Source of the DNA: Acidimicrobiales bacterium
Lineage (GTDB): Bacteria > Actinomycetota > Acidimicrobiia > Acidimicrobiales > SHLQ01
Assembly (NCBI GenBank): GCA_020629635.1
Contig: JAHDCX010000006.1
Coordinates: 92,012-156,011, forward strand
Length of the DNA: 64,000 nucleotides
Direction of reading: 5' to 3'
Every line of letters starts with the position of its first letter. Position 1 is the first letter of the stretch. The notes under the pieces were generated by a model, which had not been told where the DNA came from, did not search any database, and worked only from the letters and a program-made list of their open reading frames with translations. Positions 1-7,921 of the stretch are shown one piece after another. The translations under genes and the position numbers were made by a program.

Positions 1-670
1 CGACGGTCGGCCGGTTCGATTCGGTCACGATCGCGTCGTTGGCGACCATATCGGCGAGCCACTGTGTGGCGACGTCATCGCCTTCTTGGGCCCGGAAGAC
101 GGTGAACCAGTCGAGGAACGATCCGTTCGTCGCCGGAATCGCGACCCGGCCGCGGTAGGTCTCGCCGGTGAGGTCGAACACGGACGAGGGGAGTTCGTCG
201 TCGGAGACGTTGTCGAGGTTGTACACCAGGACACGTTGGCGACCGGAGATGCCGACCCAGGTGCCGTCGCCCGCCTTGTTGCCGCTGTCGACTTCGTCCA
301 GGAGGTCGCTGTCGAGCTCCTGGAGGAGTCCTTCGGCCGAGAGGAAGCCCACCGCGCCGGGCGATTTCGACAAGAACACGTCTGCCTGGGTCCGGTCGCC
401 CTCTTCGGCGAGGGCCAGGGCGAGGTCGGTCGGGTCGCCGTAGTTCATGCGGACCTCGATGCCCTCCGCGCAGGCGAAGGCGTCGACGATCGGCTGGATG
501 AGGTCTTCGCTACGGCCAGACCAGACCGTGATCGAGCCTCCGGTGTCGGGGGTGCAATCACCGCTGTGGATGGCGGCTGCGGAGCCTTCGAGCGTGGAGG
601 GGACGGAGTCGTCTCCTCCGCAGGCGGTGGCGAGGACGGTGATGGCGATGAGCGAAGCGAGTCGGCGCAT
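1..670 (-). CDS. ABC-transporter solute-binding lipoprotein, Fe(3+)/AfuA-FbpA-like (C-terminus runs off the window)
   Basis: Own translation of the minus strand from ATG at 670: MRRLASLIAITVLATACGGDD (signal peptide + lipobox LATAC), then ITVWSGRSEDLIQPIVDAF...VFLSKSPG...WVGISGRQRVLVYN, typical of family-1 iron(III) SBPs. Absent from the ORF track because there is no stop inside the window. Confidence 0.6.
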   Translation of the reverse strand, partial: MRRLASLIAITVLATACGGDDSVPSTLEGSAAAIHSGDCTPDTGGSITVWSGRSEDLIQPIVDAFACAEGIEVRMNYGDPTDLALALAEEGDRTQADVFLSKSPGAVGFLSAEGLLQELDSDLLDEVDSGNKAGDGTWVGISGRQRVLVYNLDNVSDDELPSSVFDLTGETYRGRVAIPATNGSFLDWFTVFRAQEGDDVATQWLADMVANDAIVTESNRPTV

Positions 671-820
671 GCGATGAATGTAGAGACCTCCACACGGTTT
701 GTAAAGCGCGCCTAACATCCAAGGTGTGTGACACTTGTCGCTCGCTGCGCGGAGAGCATCCGAGCAACGAGTAAGACGTACGGCACATCGCAGCGGACGT
801 GCACTCGCTACGGTGAAATC

Positions 821-1549
821 ATGGCTGCGCACACGCACGATCACTCGCATCCACACATGGTTCACGACCATCGTGCCGTACAGGGCGGGGCTGCCCGAGC
901 GGCGGTGTTCGGCATCTCCGACGGGCTCGTCTCCAATGTCGCCCTCATCTTGGGAGTGGCCGCAGCGACATCGGACGCATCTCCTGTGATGATTGCCGGC
1001 GTCTCAGGCCTGTTGGCCGGCGCAGCGTCGATGGCGGCTGGCGAGTACGTGTCGATGAAGGCCCAGAACGAGCTGATCGAACGCGAGCTGCGGATCGAGC
1101 GTGAGTCACTCGCCAACAACCCCGCGGGCGAGCTCCGCGAGCTGCAGTCGATCTATGCGCATCGTGGCCTCGACGACGATGCTGCTCTGGCGTTGGCGAC
1201 TGCTGTTCACGAAGACCCCGACGTCGCCCTCGAGGTTCACGCTCGAGAAGAACTTGGCGTCGATCCCGACGACATCGGCGACCCGACCGGAGCCGCCGCC
1301 AGCTCGTTCATCGCCTTCGCAATCGGGGCGATCTTGCCGTTGCTGCCCTGGTTCGTCAGCGAGGGGACGGCGGCCATGATCGCGTCGGTCATCCTCGGCC
1401 TCACCAGCGCTGCCCTCGTCGGTGTCGCACTAGCCGTGTTCACCGAACGTTCGAAGCTCCGTACCGCCGCTCGCCAGGTCAGCTGGGCCACTGCGGCGTG
1501 CGTCGTCACCTTCGCGGTCGGCAGCCTCCTCGGCACCACCGTCACGTAA
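821..1549 (+). CDS. VIT1/CCC1-family iron/manganese transporter
   Basis: ORF 728..1549. Likely start is ATG 821 (MAAHTHDHSHPH His-rich N-terminus). FGISDGLVSN, AGEYVSMKAQNE and C-terminal TM helices match the VIT family. Confidence 0.85.
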   Translation: MAAHTHDHSHPHMVHDHRAVQGGAARAAVFGISDGLVSNVALILGVAAATSDASPVMIAGVSGLLAGAASMAAGEYVSMKAQNELIERELRIERESLANNPAGELRELQSIYAHRGLDDDAALALATAVHEDPDVALEVHAREELGVDPDDIGDPTGAAASSFIAFAIGAILPLLPWFVSEGTAAMIASVILGLTSAALVGVALAVFTERSKLRTAARQVSWATAACVVTFAVGSLLGTTVT

Positions 1550-1551
1550 AC

Positions 1552-1632
1552 GGGGTCAAGTCTGACATAGCAAGAGGTTCTCGGAGCCGTCTGCGGTCAG
1601 GCCAAACCTGTTGCTATGTCAGACTTGACCCC
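1552..1632. repeat. Perfect 22-bp inverted repeat (GGGGTCAAGTCTGACATAGCAA / TTGCTATGTCAGACTTGACCCC) with 37-nt loop; probable bidirectional terminator or REP-like element
   Basis: Arms at 1552-1573 and 1611-1632 are exact reverse complements. A further AGGTT/AACCT pairing lies inside the loop. The element sits between the convergent stops at 1549 and 1638. Confidence 0.6.
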
Positions 1633-1637
1633 ATGTG

Positions 1638-3182
1638 TCAGCCGATGGCGTCGGGCATTTCGTCCTTGCGTTTGGCGATGAAGGCGAGCATCTCGGCGTC
1701 GTAGGCGTCGTCGAGCGGGGGAGCTTCGTAGTCGCTCAACATCTGCTTCCACGTGGTGTTCGCTCGCTGGGCTGCGGTGAGCGAACCTTCGTCGGACCAT
1801 TGCTCGTAGCTGTTGTTGTCGGCAACCGAGCTCCGGTAGAACGCGGTCTCGAAGTTGGCGAGGGTATGGCCGTTGCCGAGGAAGTGTTGGCCGTGCTCGT
1901 TGGTATGAAACGCTTCCATGCCCTGACCGTTCTCGGTCAGGTCGACGCCCTTGGCGTAGACTTGCATGGCGCCGAGCTGGTCGGCGTCCATGATGAGCTT
2001 CTCCATCGAGATGGCGAGGCCGCCTTCGATCCAGCCGGCGGCGTGGAGCACGAAGTTCACGCCCGCCTGCATCGTTGGGAGCAGCGTCATTGCGGACTCG
2101 TACGCCGCTTGGGCGTCGGGTGCCTTCGAGGCAGTGAACTGGCCGCCCGAACGGAATGGCACGCCGACTCGGCGGGCGAGCTCAGCCATGACGTAGATGG
2201 CGAGGCCGCCCTCAGCGGTTCCGAACGTGGGTGCGCCGGTGGCCATCGACATCGACGTTGCGAACGTCCCGAACACGACCGGTGCGCCAGGGTTGGCGAG
2301 CTGAACGAACGCCATGCCGGCCAGGGCCTCGGCGAGTGCCTGGGCGCAGAGCGCGCCGACGGTCACGGGCGACATGGCACCCATCAGAATGAAGGGCGAG
2401 ATCACTGATGCCTGGTTGGCACGCGCGTACACCTCGGCGGCGCCGAGCATCGTGTCGTCCCATTGGAGGGGCGAATTGGCGTTGATGAGGCTGGTCATGA
2501 CGGTCTTGCCCTCGAGGTCGCCGCCGAAGGCCATCCGGCACAGCTCCACCGAGTCAGCAGCACGCTCCGGTGCCGTCACCGAGCCCATGAGCGGCTTGTC
2601 GGAGTACTTGAGGTGCGAATACACCATGTCGAGGTGGCGCTTGTTCACCGGAATGTCGACCGGCTCACACACCGTGCCGCCTGAGTGGTGCAGGTGCGGC
2701 AGGCCGTACACGAGCTTCACGACGTTCTGGAAGTCCTCGATCGTGGCGTAGCGGCGTCCCTGGTCGAGGTCGGTCACGAATGGCGAGCCGTAGTTCGGCA
2801 CGAACACGGTGGCGTTCTCGCCGATCTTCACGCTGCGCTCGGGGTTGCGTGCGTGTTGGATGTAGCTCTTCGGGGCGTTCTCCTGCACGATCTGACGGGC
2901 GAGGCCGCGAGGGAAGTAGACGTACTCACCCTCGATACGACATCCCGCTGCTTCGAAACGCTCCAAGGCGGCGGGGTAGCCGTTGAACTGAATGCCGATC
3001 TCATTCAGGATCGTCTCGGCGTTGTTCTCGATCGTTGCCAGACCTTCTTCGTCGAGCACACTGACGGGCGGCAGCGTCCGCTCGAGATAGGCCTGGGTCA
3101 CGGCGCTCGCCGCGGCTCGCTTGGCCTGGCGGGCGGCGCGGCCTCCGCCACTACGACGTCGGGTGCGGGGTTCTTCGCTCAT
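1638..3182 (-). CDS. MttB-superfamily (non-pyrrolysine) methylamine/quaternary-amine:corrinoid methyltransferase (glycine-betaine MtgB-like)
   Basis: Real start is ATG 3182 (MSEEPRTRRRSGGGRAARQ), 514 aa. There is no in-frame TAG. Full-length similarity by eye to the trimethylamine methyltransferase family (LDEEGLATIENNAETILNEIGI..., SPLQWDD, GAPTFGTAEGG). The upstream part of ORF 1638..3926 is a spurious extension. Confidence 0.9.
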   Translation of the reverse strand: MSEEPRTRRRSGGGRAARQAKRAAASAVTQAYLERTLPPVSVLDEEGLATIENNAETILNEIGIQFNGYPAALERFEAAGCRIEGEYVYFPRGLARQIVQENAPKSYIQHARNPERSVKIGENATVFVPNYGSPFVTDLDQGRRYATIEDFQNVVKLVYGLPHLHHSGGTVCEPVDIPVNKRHLDMVYSHLKYSDKPLMGSVTAPERAADSVELCRMAFGGDLEGKTVMTSLINANSPLQWDDTMLGAAEVYARANQASVISPFILMGAMSPVTVGALCAQALAEALAGMAFVQLANPGAPVVFGTFATSMSMATGAPTFGTAEGGLAIYVMAELARRVGVPFRSGGQFTASKAPDAQAAYESAMTLLPTMQAGVNFVLHAAGWIEGGLAISMEKLIMDADQLGAMQVYAKGVDLTENGQGMEAFHTNEHGQHFLGNGHTLANFETAFYRSSVADNNSYEQWSDEGSLTAAQRANTTWKQMLSDYEAPPLDDAYDAEMLAFIAKRKDEMPDAIG

Positions 3183-3217
3183 CTTCGTGATCTCTTCATC
3201 GTGTTGCGTTGGTTGGG

Positions 3218-5257
3218 TCAGTTCTCGGCAGCGGCTCGGCGTCGTCGTCGGCGGCCCCCACCTTGGCCCCCGCCACCGGCTGCTGCCGCATTGGCAAAGC
3301 GTCGCTCGGGAAGCGCAAGGGCGCCGGAGAGGTGCGGGTACTCCGCCGTTGCATGCGGTATCGCCATGGCGTCGACGAAGTGCTCTTGGAACTTTGCCTC
3401 GGTCGCCGTCTCGACCTTCGTGATCGTGGGCACGAGGGCTTCGATGTCCCCACGGGCCGCAGCCGAGAGCAACGCGAGGACGGCACCGGTTCCGGCGGCG
3501 TTGCCGGCCGAGGTGACGTGGTCGAGGTCGCAGTCCGGCACGAGCCCCAACGCGATCGCATAGACCGGATCGATGTGGCTCCCGAAGGCACCGGCGAGGC
3601 GAATGGTGTCGACGTGGTCGATGCCGCGTCGGTCCATGAGCAGCTTGACCCCGGCATACAACGCGGCCTTGGCCAGTTGGATGGCTCGTATGTCGTTCTG
3701 GGTGACCCAGATGTCGGGCACCCCGTCGTGGACCAGGTACTTGAAGGTTCGATCGTCGGCGACGATCCGCGTCGACCGGTCGGCGAGCGTTCCGTCGACC
3801 ACACCGTCGGCGGAGATGATCCCTGCGAGCATCATTTCGGCGACGATCTCGATGATGCCCGACCCGCAGATCCCGGTGATTGTGATGTCCTTCGTCTGGT
3901 GGAGGAACTCCGGTTCGTCGCTCCATGCGTCAGCGCCTATCACCTTGAACCGGGGCTCGAGCGTCTCCGGGTCGATGCGGACCCGTTCGATTGCGCCCAC
4001 GGTTGCCCGTTGGCCGGAGGTGATTTGCGCGCCCTCGAACGCAGGACCGGTCGGGCTCGATGCGGCGAGCAGTTCCTCGCGGTTGCCGAGCACGATCTCG
4101 GCGTTCGTGCCGACGTCGACGATCAGGTGGATGTCGTCGGCCTCGTCTGGCCGCTCGGAGAGGATCGCGCCGGCGGTGTCGGCGCCGACGTGGCCGGCGA
4201 TGCAGGGGAGTACGTACACCCGGGTGATGTCGCGGCAACTCGTGATGCCCATGAACGGCGCGCGGACTTCGACTGCACCGTCGGTGGCGAGCGCGAAGGG
4301 CGCGCCGCCGAGCGGAACCGCATCGAGTCCGAGAAAGAGATGATGCATGATCGGGTTGCCGACCAACACGATCTCGAGGATGTTGTGCGGGTCGATCCCA
4401 GCTTCGGTGGCGAGCTGCACGATCAGGGTGTCGAGCGCCTCCTGGATCGCGGAGGTCAGGTCGGCCTCGCCACCCGGGTTCATCATCACGTAGCTGACCC
4501 GGCTCATGAGATCCTCACCGAACCGGATCTGCGGATTCATCAGCCCGCTGCTCGCCAACGCTTCGCCAGTCGTCAGGTCGAGAAGGTGGCCAGCAACCGT
4601 CGTCGACCCGACGTCGATGGCCACGCCGTGGACCGTGTCATGGAATCCGGCCCATGCGGCCACGATTTCGGATCCGTCTCGGATCGCGACGGTGATCTCG
4701 CGGCCTTTGGTCAGGATCGCCTGAATCTCTCGGACGACGGCGAGCGGGGCGACGAGCCCGTCGAGCTCCCATTCGGCCGCCAGCGCGTCGCGTAGGAGGT
4801 CGAGTTCGCTGCGCGGGGTCTCCAGCTCCTGCGCCTCGACGGCGGTGAAGTACAGCCGCACGACCGGGTCGATCTCGATGTCGGGGACGTCGAGCCGCTT
4901 TCGGACGACTTGGCGGTGGACCTGGCTCTCGTCGGGGACGTCGATGACGACGTCGCCCTCGATGGACGCATGACAACCCAGCCGATGACGCTCTGAGCCG
5001 AGCGGTCGTCGACCCCGGTACTCCGACGTCTCGCTCGGACCGGGAGGACTGACGTGGGTTTCGCTCGAGACGATGCCGTGCTTGGCGAAGTCGCCTGATT
5101 CGGGCACCACCTGACAGCGTCCGCAGATGCCGCGCCCTCCACAGACGGTGTCGAGGTCGACGCCGAGTTCGCGGGCCGCGTCGAGGATCGTCGTCCCGCG
5201 TTCGACCTCGCCCTGTCGCCCCGACGGGGTGAAGACGATGCGTGCGGTCTCGGTCAT
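3218..5257 (-). CDS. Corrinoid reductive activator (RACo-type): N-terminal 2Fe-2S ferredoxin + ASKHA ATPase domain
   Basis: Start ATG 5257 (MTETARIVFTPSG). Plant-type ferredoxin Cys motif VCGGRGICGRCQV...GCHA. ASKHA motif GVAIDVGSTTVAGHL. 679 aa. Confidence 0.85.
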   Translation of the reverse strand: MTETARIVFTPSGRQGEVERGTTILDAARELGVDLDTVCGGRGICGRCQVVPESGDFAKHGIVSSETHVSPPGPSETSEYRGRRPLGSERHRLGCHASIEGDVVIDVPDESQVHRQVVRKRLDVPDIEIDPVVRLYFTAVEAQELETPRSELDLLRDALAAEWELDGLVAPLAVVREIQAILTKGREITVAIRDGSEIVAAWAGFHDTVHGVAIDVGSTTVAGHLLDLTTGEALASSGLMNPQIRFGEDLMSRVSYVMMNPGGEADLTSAIQEALDTLIVQLATEAGIDPHNILEIVLVGNPIMHHLFLGLDAVPLGGAPFALATDGAVEVRAPFMGITSCRDITRVYVLPCIAGHVGADTAGAILSERPDEADDIHLIVDVGTNAEIVLGNREELLAASSPTGPAFEGAQITSGQRATVGAIERVRIDPETLEPRFKVIGADAWSDEPEFLHQTKDITITGICGSGIIEIVAEMMLAGIISADGVVDGTLADRSTRIVADDRTFKYLVHDGVPDIWVTQNDIRAIQLAKAALYAGVKLLMDRRGIDHVDTIRLAGAFGSHIDPVYAIALGLVPDCDLDHVTSAGNAAGTGAVLALLSAAARGDIEALVPTITKVETATEAKFQEHFVDAMAIPHATAEYPHLSGALALPERRFANAAAAGGGGQGGGRRRRRRAAAEN

Positions 5258-5270
5258 GCGCGTGGGCGGG

Positions 5271-6182
5271 TCAGGATCCGGCTGCGGCGCGGCGGCGCCC
5301 GCCTCGGCGACGTCCGCCCGCTCCAGCGGCTGCCTCGGCGGGATCGCGGTTGGCCTGAATCCATGCCGCGCAGTTCTCGTCCTGACCGTTGAGCACATCG
5401 GCGGCCATGATTGCGGTCTTCACCTCGGTGTGCAGAGGATTCATGATCGCCGACGTCATGCCGGCACCGATCGACATCGCAAGGAACGTGCCCGTGATGT
5501 GGTGGCGGTTCGGGAGGCCGAACGACACGTTGGACGCTCCGCAGGTGGTGTTGACCTTGAGCTCGTCGCGGAGCCGTCCGAGCAGCTCGAACACCTGACG
5601 GCCAGCGGTTCCCATGGCCCCGATCGGCATGACGAGCGGATCGACGATGACGTCGGATGCCGGGATGCCGTGGTCGGCGGCCCGGTTCACGATCTTCTTC
5701 GCAACATCGAATCGAATGTTGGGGTCCTCGCTGATGCCCGTCTCATCATTTGAGATCGCGACGACAGCTGCGCCGTGTTTGGCGACGAACGGCAACACTC
5801 GCTCGAGCACCTCTTCTTCGCCGGTGACCGAGTTGATGAGCGGCTTGCCCTCGTAGATCTCGATGGCGGCTTCGAGCGCCTCGACGATCGAGGAGTCGAT
5901 GGCGATTGGCACATCGGTGACGGCCTGGACTTCCTTGATCGCTCGGACCAGCAGTGCGGGCTCGTCGGCAAGGGGGATGCCCGCATTGACGTCGAGCATC
6001 TGCGCGCCGGCCTCGACCTGGGCGATCGCATCGGCGACAACCCGGCTGAAGTCACCGTTCTTCATTTCTTCGGCGAGCAGCTTGCGGCCGGTCGGGTTGA
6101 TGCGTTCGCCGATCATGACGAAGGGGCGGCCGAAGCCGATGACGACTTCTTTCGTGGCCGAGCTGATGACGGTGTCGGTCAT
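5271..6182 (-). CDS. Methyltetrahydrofolate:corrinoid methyltransferase (pterin-binding domain, MtgA/AcsE-like)
   Basis: MIGERINPTGRKLLAEEMKNGDF, LDVNAG, CGASNVSFGLPNR are typical pterin-binding (DHPS-like) methyltransferase motifs. The start codon overlaps the stop of the upstream gene (ATGA at 6179-6182). Confidence 0.85.
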   Translation of the reverse strand: MTDTVISSATKEVVIGFGRPFVMIGERINPTGRKLLAEEMKNGDFSRVVADAIAQVEAGAQMLDVNAGIPLADEPALLVRAIKEVQAVTDVPIAIDSSIVEALEAAIEIYEGKPLINSVTGEEEVLERVLPFVAKHGAAVVAISNDETGISEDPNIRFDVAKKIVNRAADHGIPASDVIVDPLVMPIGAMGTAGRQVFELLGRLRDELKVNTTCGASNVSFGLPNRHHITGTFLAMSIGAGMTSAIMNPLHTEVKTAIMAADVLNGQDENCAAWIQANRDPAEAAAGAGGRRRGGRRRAAAGS

Positions 6183-6574
6183 TGGGGGAGGTCCTTCTCT
6201 TCGTTGAGATTGTTGGAGGAATCGTCAGGTGTCGGGTCAGCGTCGGGTGCGTAGCCACCCGCACGGACGTAGTCGTTGAGGTGTTCGGGGGTGAACTCCT
6301 CTTCGATCTCGGCGACCAGTGCGGCAACGGCGCCTTCGATGTCGTCGGCGAACGCCTCGGGCACGGGGCGGGTGCTCGACCCCATCTCGGCGATGTAGGA
6401 GCTCGCGTCCTTCTTGTCCGCAACCATCGCAGCCCGGTCGATCGCCTTCTGGAAGCGCGGCGGTAGTTCGACCTGCACCTTCTGGTCGCCCGAGGTCCCG
6501 TTGATCTGTGCGGGGATGTCTCGCCACTGGATGATCTTGAGACTGGGACCACCGCCTCGACGTCGTCGGCTCAT
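6179..6574 (-). CDS. Small conserved protein of corrinoid-methyltransferase clusters (resembles the Pfam family named 'virulence factor'; function unknown)
   Basis: Likely start ATG 6574 (MSRRRRGGGPSLKIIQWRDIPAQING). ATGA overlaps at both ends imply translational coupling. The family assignment is from memory only. Confidence 0.5.
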   Translation of the reverse strand: MSRRRRGGGPSLKIIQWRDIPAQINGTSGDQKVQVELPPRFQKAIDRAAMVADKKDASSYIAEMGSSTRPVPEAFADDIEGAVAALVAEIEEEFTPEHLNDYVRAGGYAPDADPTPDDSSNNLNEEKDLPQ

Positions 6575-7245
6575 GCCGCCCTCCGGATTTCGAGCAGTTG
6601 GGTTTGGAGCAGACCTCGTCCGACGTTTGATTGGTCGAATCGGAGGCCGAGTTTCGTCGCGCATTGCTGTGCTGCCTCGATGAGTTCGGGGGTCGGGTCT
6701 TGGGCGATGTACAGCAGCCGGGTGTAGTTGGCAAAGTACATCTCGATCAGTTCGGGGTGCTCGGTGAGGCCGAGTGCACCGAAGATCAGCGCGTCCTGGT
6801 GGCGGACGAGATAATCGGTGACGTAGAAGGTTCCGAGCTCGGATTCGTGTTCGGCCAGGAAGTTGTCGAGACCGGCGAAGAACGCGTAGCAGTGGTCGCC
6901 GGGGAGGCGCTGCGCCTTGGGATGGTGCAGGAGGAAACGGTCGAGCTCTCCGCCGGTTCCGCAGTCGCCGTACCCGATGAGGATCTGGTCGTACTGGTCG
7001 CCACGGTCCCGGAGCACCCGGTCGATGTCGGGCACGATGCGATCGGGGCGATTGTGATGCGACGCCGGGAGGAGCTCGACGTCGACGTGGTCCCAGCCGC
7101 CGGTTTGGGTGATCTGGCGAATGTCGGATCCCAGCGCGCCGCAGGCGAGCAGCAGGATCCGATCGGGCTCAGGCGGCTGCACGGCGGGCGGCGACGAGTG
7201 CGCTTGCCGTTTCTGACGCAACGGCCGCGTCACGGCAGTAGGCAT
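6571..7245 (-). CDS. DUF1638-family protein (commonly linked to MttB/corrinoid genes)
   Basis: ILLLACGALGSDI...LPASHHNRPDRI...ILIGYGDCGTGG. The maximal ORF starts at 7245 but overlaps the upstream gene by 77 nt. GTG at 7182 is a more likely start. Confidence 0.7.
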   Translation of the reverse strand: MPTAVTRPLRQKRQAHSSPPAVQPPEPDRILLLACGALGSDIRQITQTGGWDHVDVELLPASHHNRPDRIVPDIDRVLRDRGDQYDQILIGYGDCGTGGELDRFLLHHPKAQRLPGDHCYAFFAGLDNFLAEHESELGTFYVTDYLVRHQDALIFGALGLTEHPELIEMYFANYTRLLYIAQDPTPELIEAAQQCATKLGLRFDQSNVGRGLLQTQLLEIRRAA

Positions 7246-7870
7246 CGGCGCCCACGGCAGTGCCGAACTCCTCGTTGAGGGGAGCGCCGCCCACGAGGAC
7301 GATGTAGTCGTCGCGCATGCCTCGCTCTTGCAGGGTGTCGATGACGACCTTCATGTACGGCATCGTGGTGGTGAGAAGGGCCGACATGCCGAGGATGTCG
7401 GGCTTGTGCTCTTCGAGTGCCGCAATGTACTCGTCGACGTCGGTGTTGATGCCGATGTCGATGACCTCGAACCCGGCCCCCTCGAGCATCATCGCCACGA
7501 GGTTCTTGCCGATGTCGTGGATGTCGCCCTTGACGGTGCCGATGACGACCTTGCCGATCGGTTCTGCGCCGGTTTCGGCGAGGAGCGGCCGGAGGATCTC
7601 CATGCCGGCCTTCATCGAGTTGGCGGCGAGCAGCACCTCGGGGACGAAGAGAATGCCGTCGCGGAAGTCGATGCCGACGATTCGCATGCCTTCGACCAAC
7701 GCATCGTTCAGCACCTGATCCGCGCTCCAGCCACGCTCGAGCAAGATGTTGGTGCCTTCGACGATCTCGTCACCGAGACCGTCGTACAGGTCGTCGTGCA
7801 TCTGCGCGGTGAGCTCGTCGTCAGGCAGATCGGCGAGAATGATTTCTTCTTCTTCTTCGGCGTCGGACAC
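7169..7870 (-). CDS. Cobalamin-binding corrinoid protein (MtgC/MttC-like)
   Basis: B12-binding DxHxxG motif (GDIHDIGKN), SALLTTT, VGGAP. Acidic N-terminal cap helix domain. First gene of the minus-strand operon 7870->1638. Confidence 0.9.
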   Translation of the reverse strand: MSDAEEEEEIILADLPDDELTAQMHDDLYDGLGDEIVEGTNILLERGWSADQVLNDALVEGMRIVGIDFRDGILFVPEVLLAANSMKAGMEILRPLLAETGAEPIGKVVIGTVKGDIHDIGKNLVAMMLEGAGFEVIDIGINTDVDEYIAALEEHKPDILGMSALLTTTMPYMKVVIDTLQERGMRDDYIVLVGGAPLNEEFGTAVGADAYCRDAAVASETASALVAARRAAA

Positions 7871-7904
7871 GCGGTGCCTCCTCGACCTGGCCGCCGCAGC
7901 GGCT

Positions 7905-7921
7905 GTTCCACATTGTGGAAC
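7905..7921. promoter_or_regulatory. 17-bp perfect palindrome GTTCCACATTGTGGAAC, candidate operator upstream of the corrinoid operon
   Basis: Centre lies 43 nt upstream of the corrinoid-protein start (7870). A near-identical site occurs upstream of fhs (12756-12772). Confidence 0.5.

Noticed and set aside
3209-4795. 528-aa plus-strand ORF, and the 5' extension of ORF 1638..3926
   Set aside because: They are antisense to, or overlap, the RACo activator and the MttB gene. The real MttB start (ATG 3182) is fixed by the conserved N-terminus, and the upstream part is an Arg-rich artefact.
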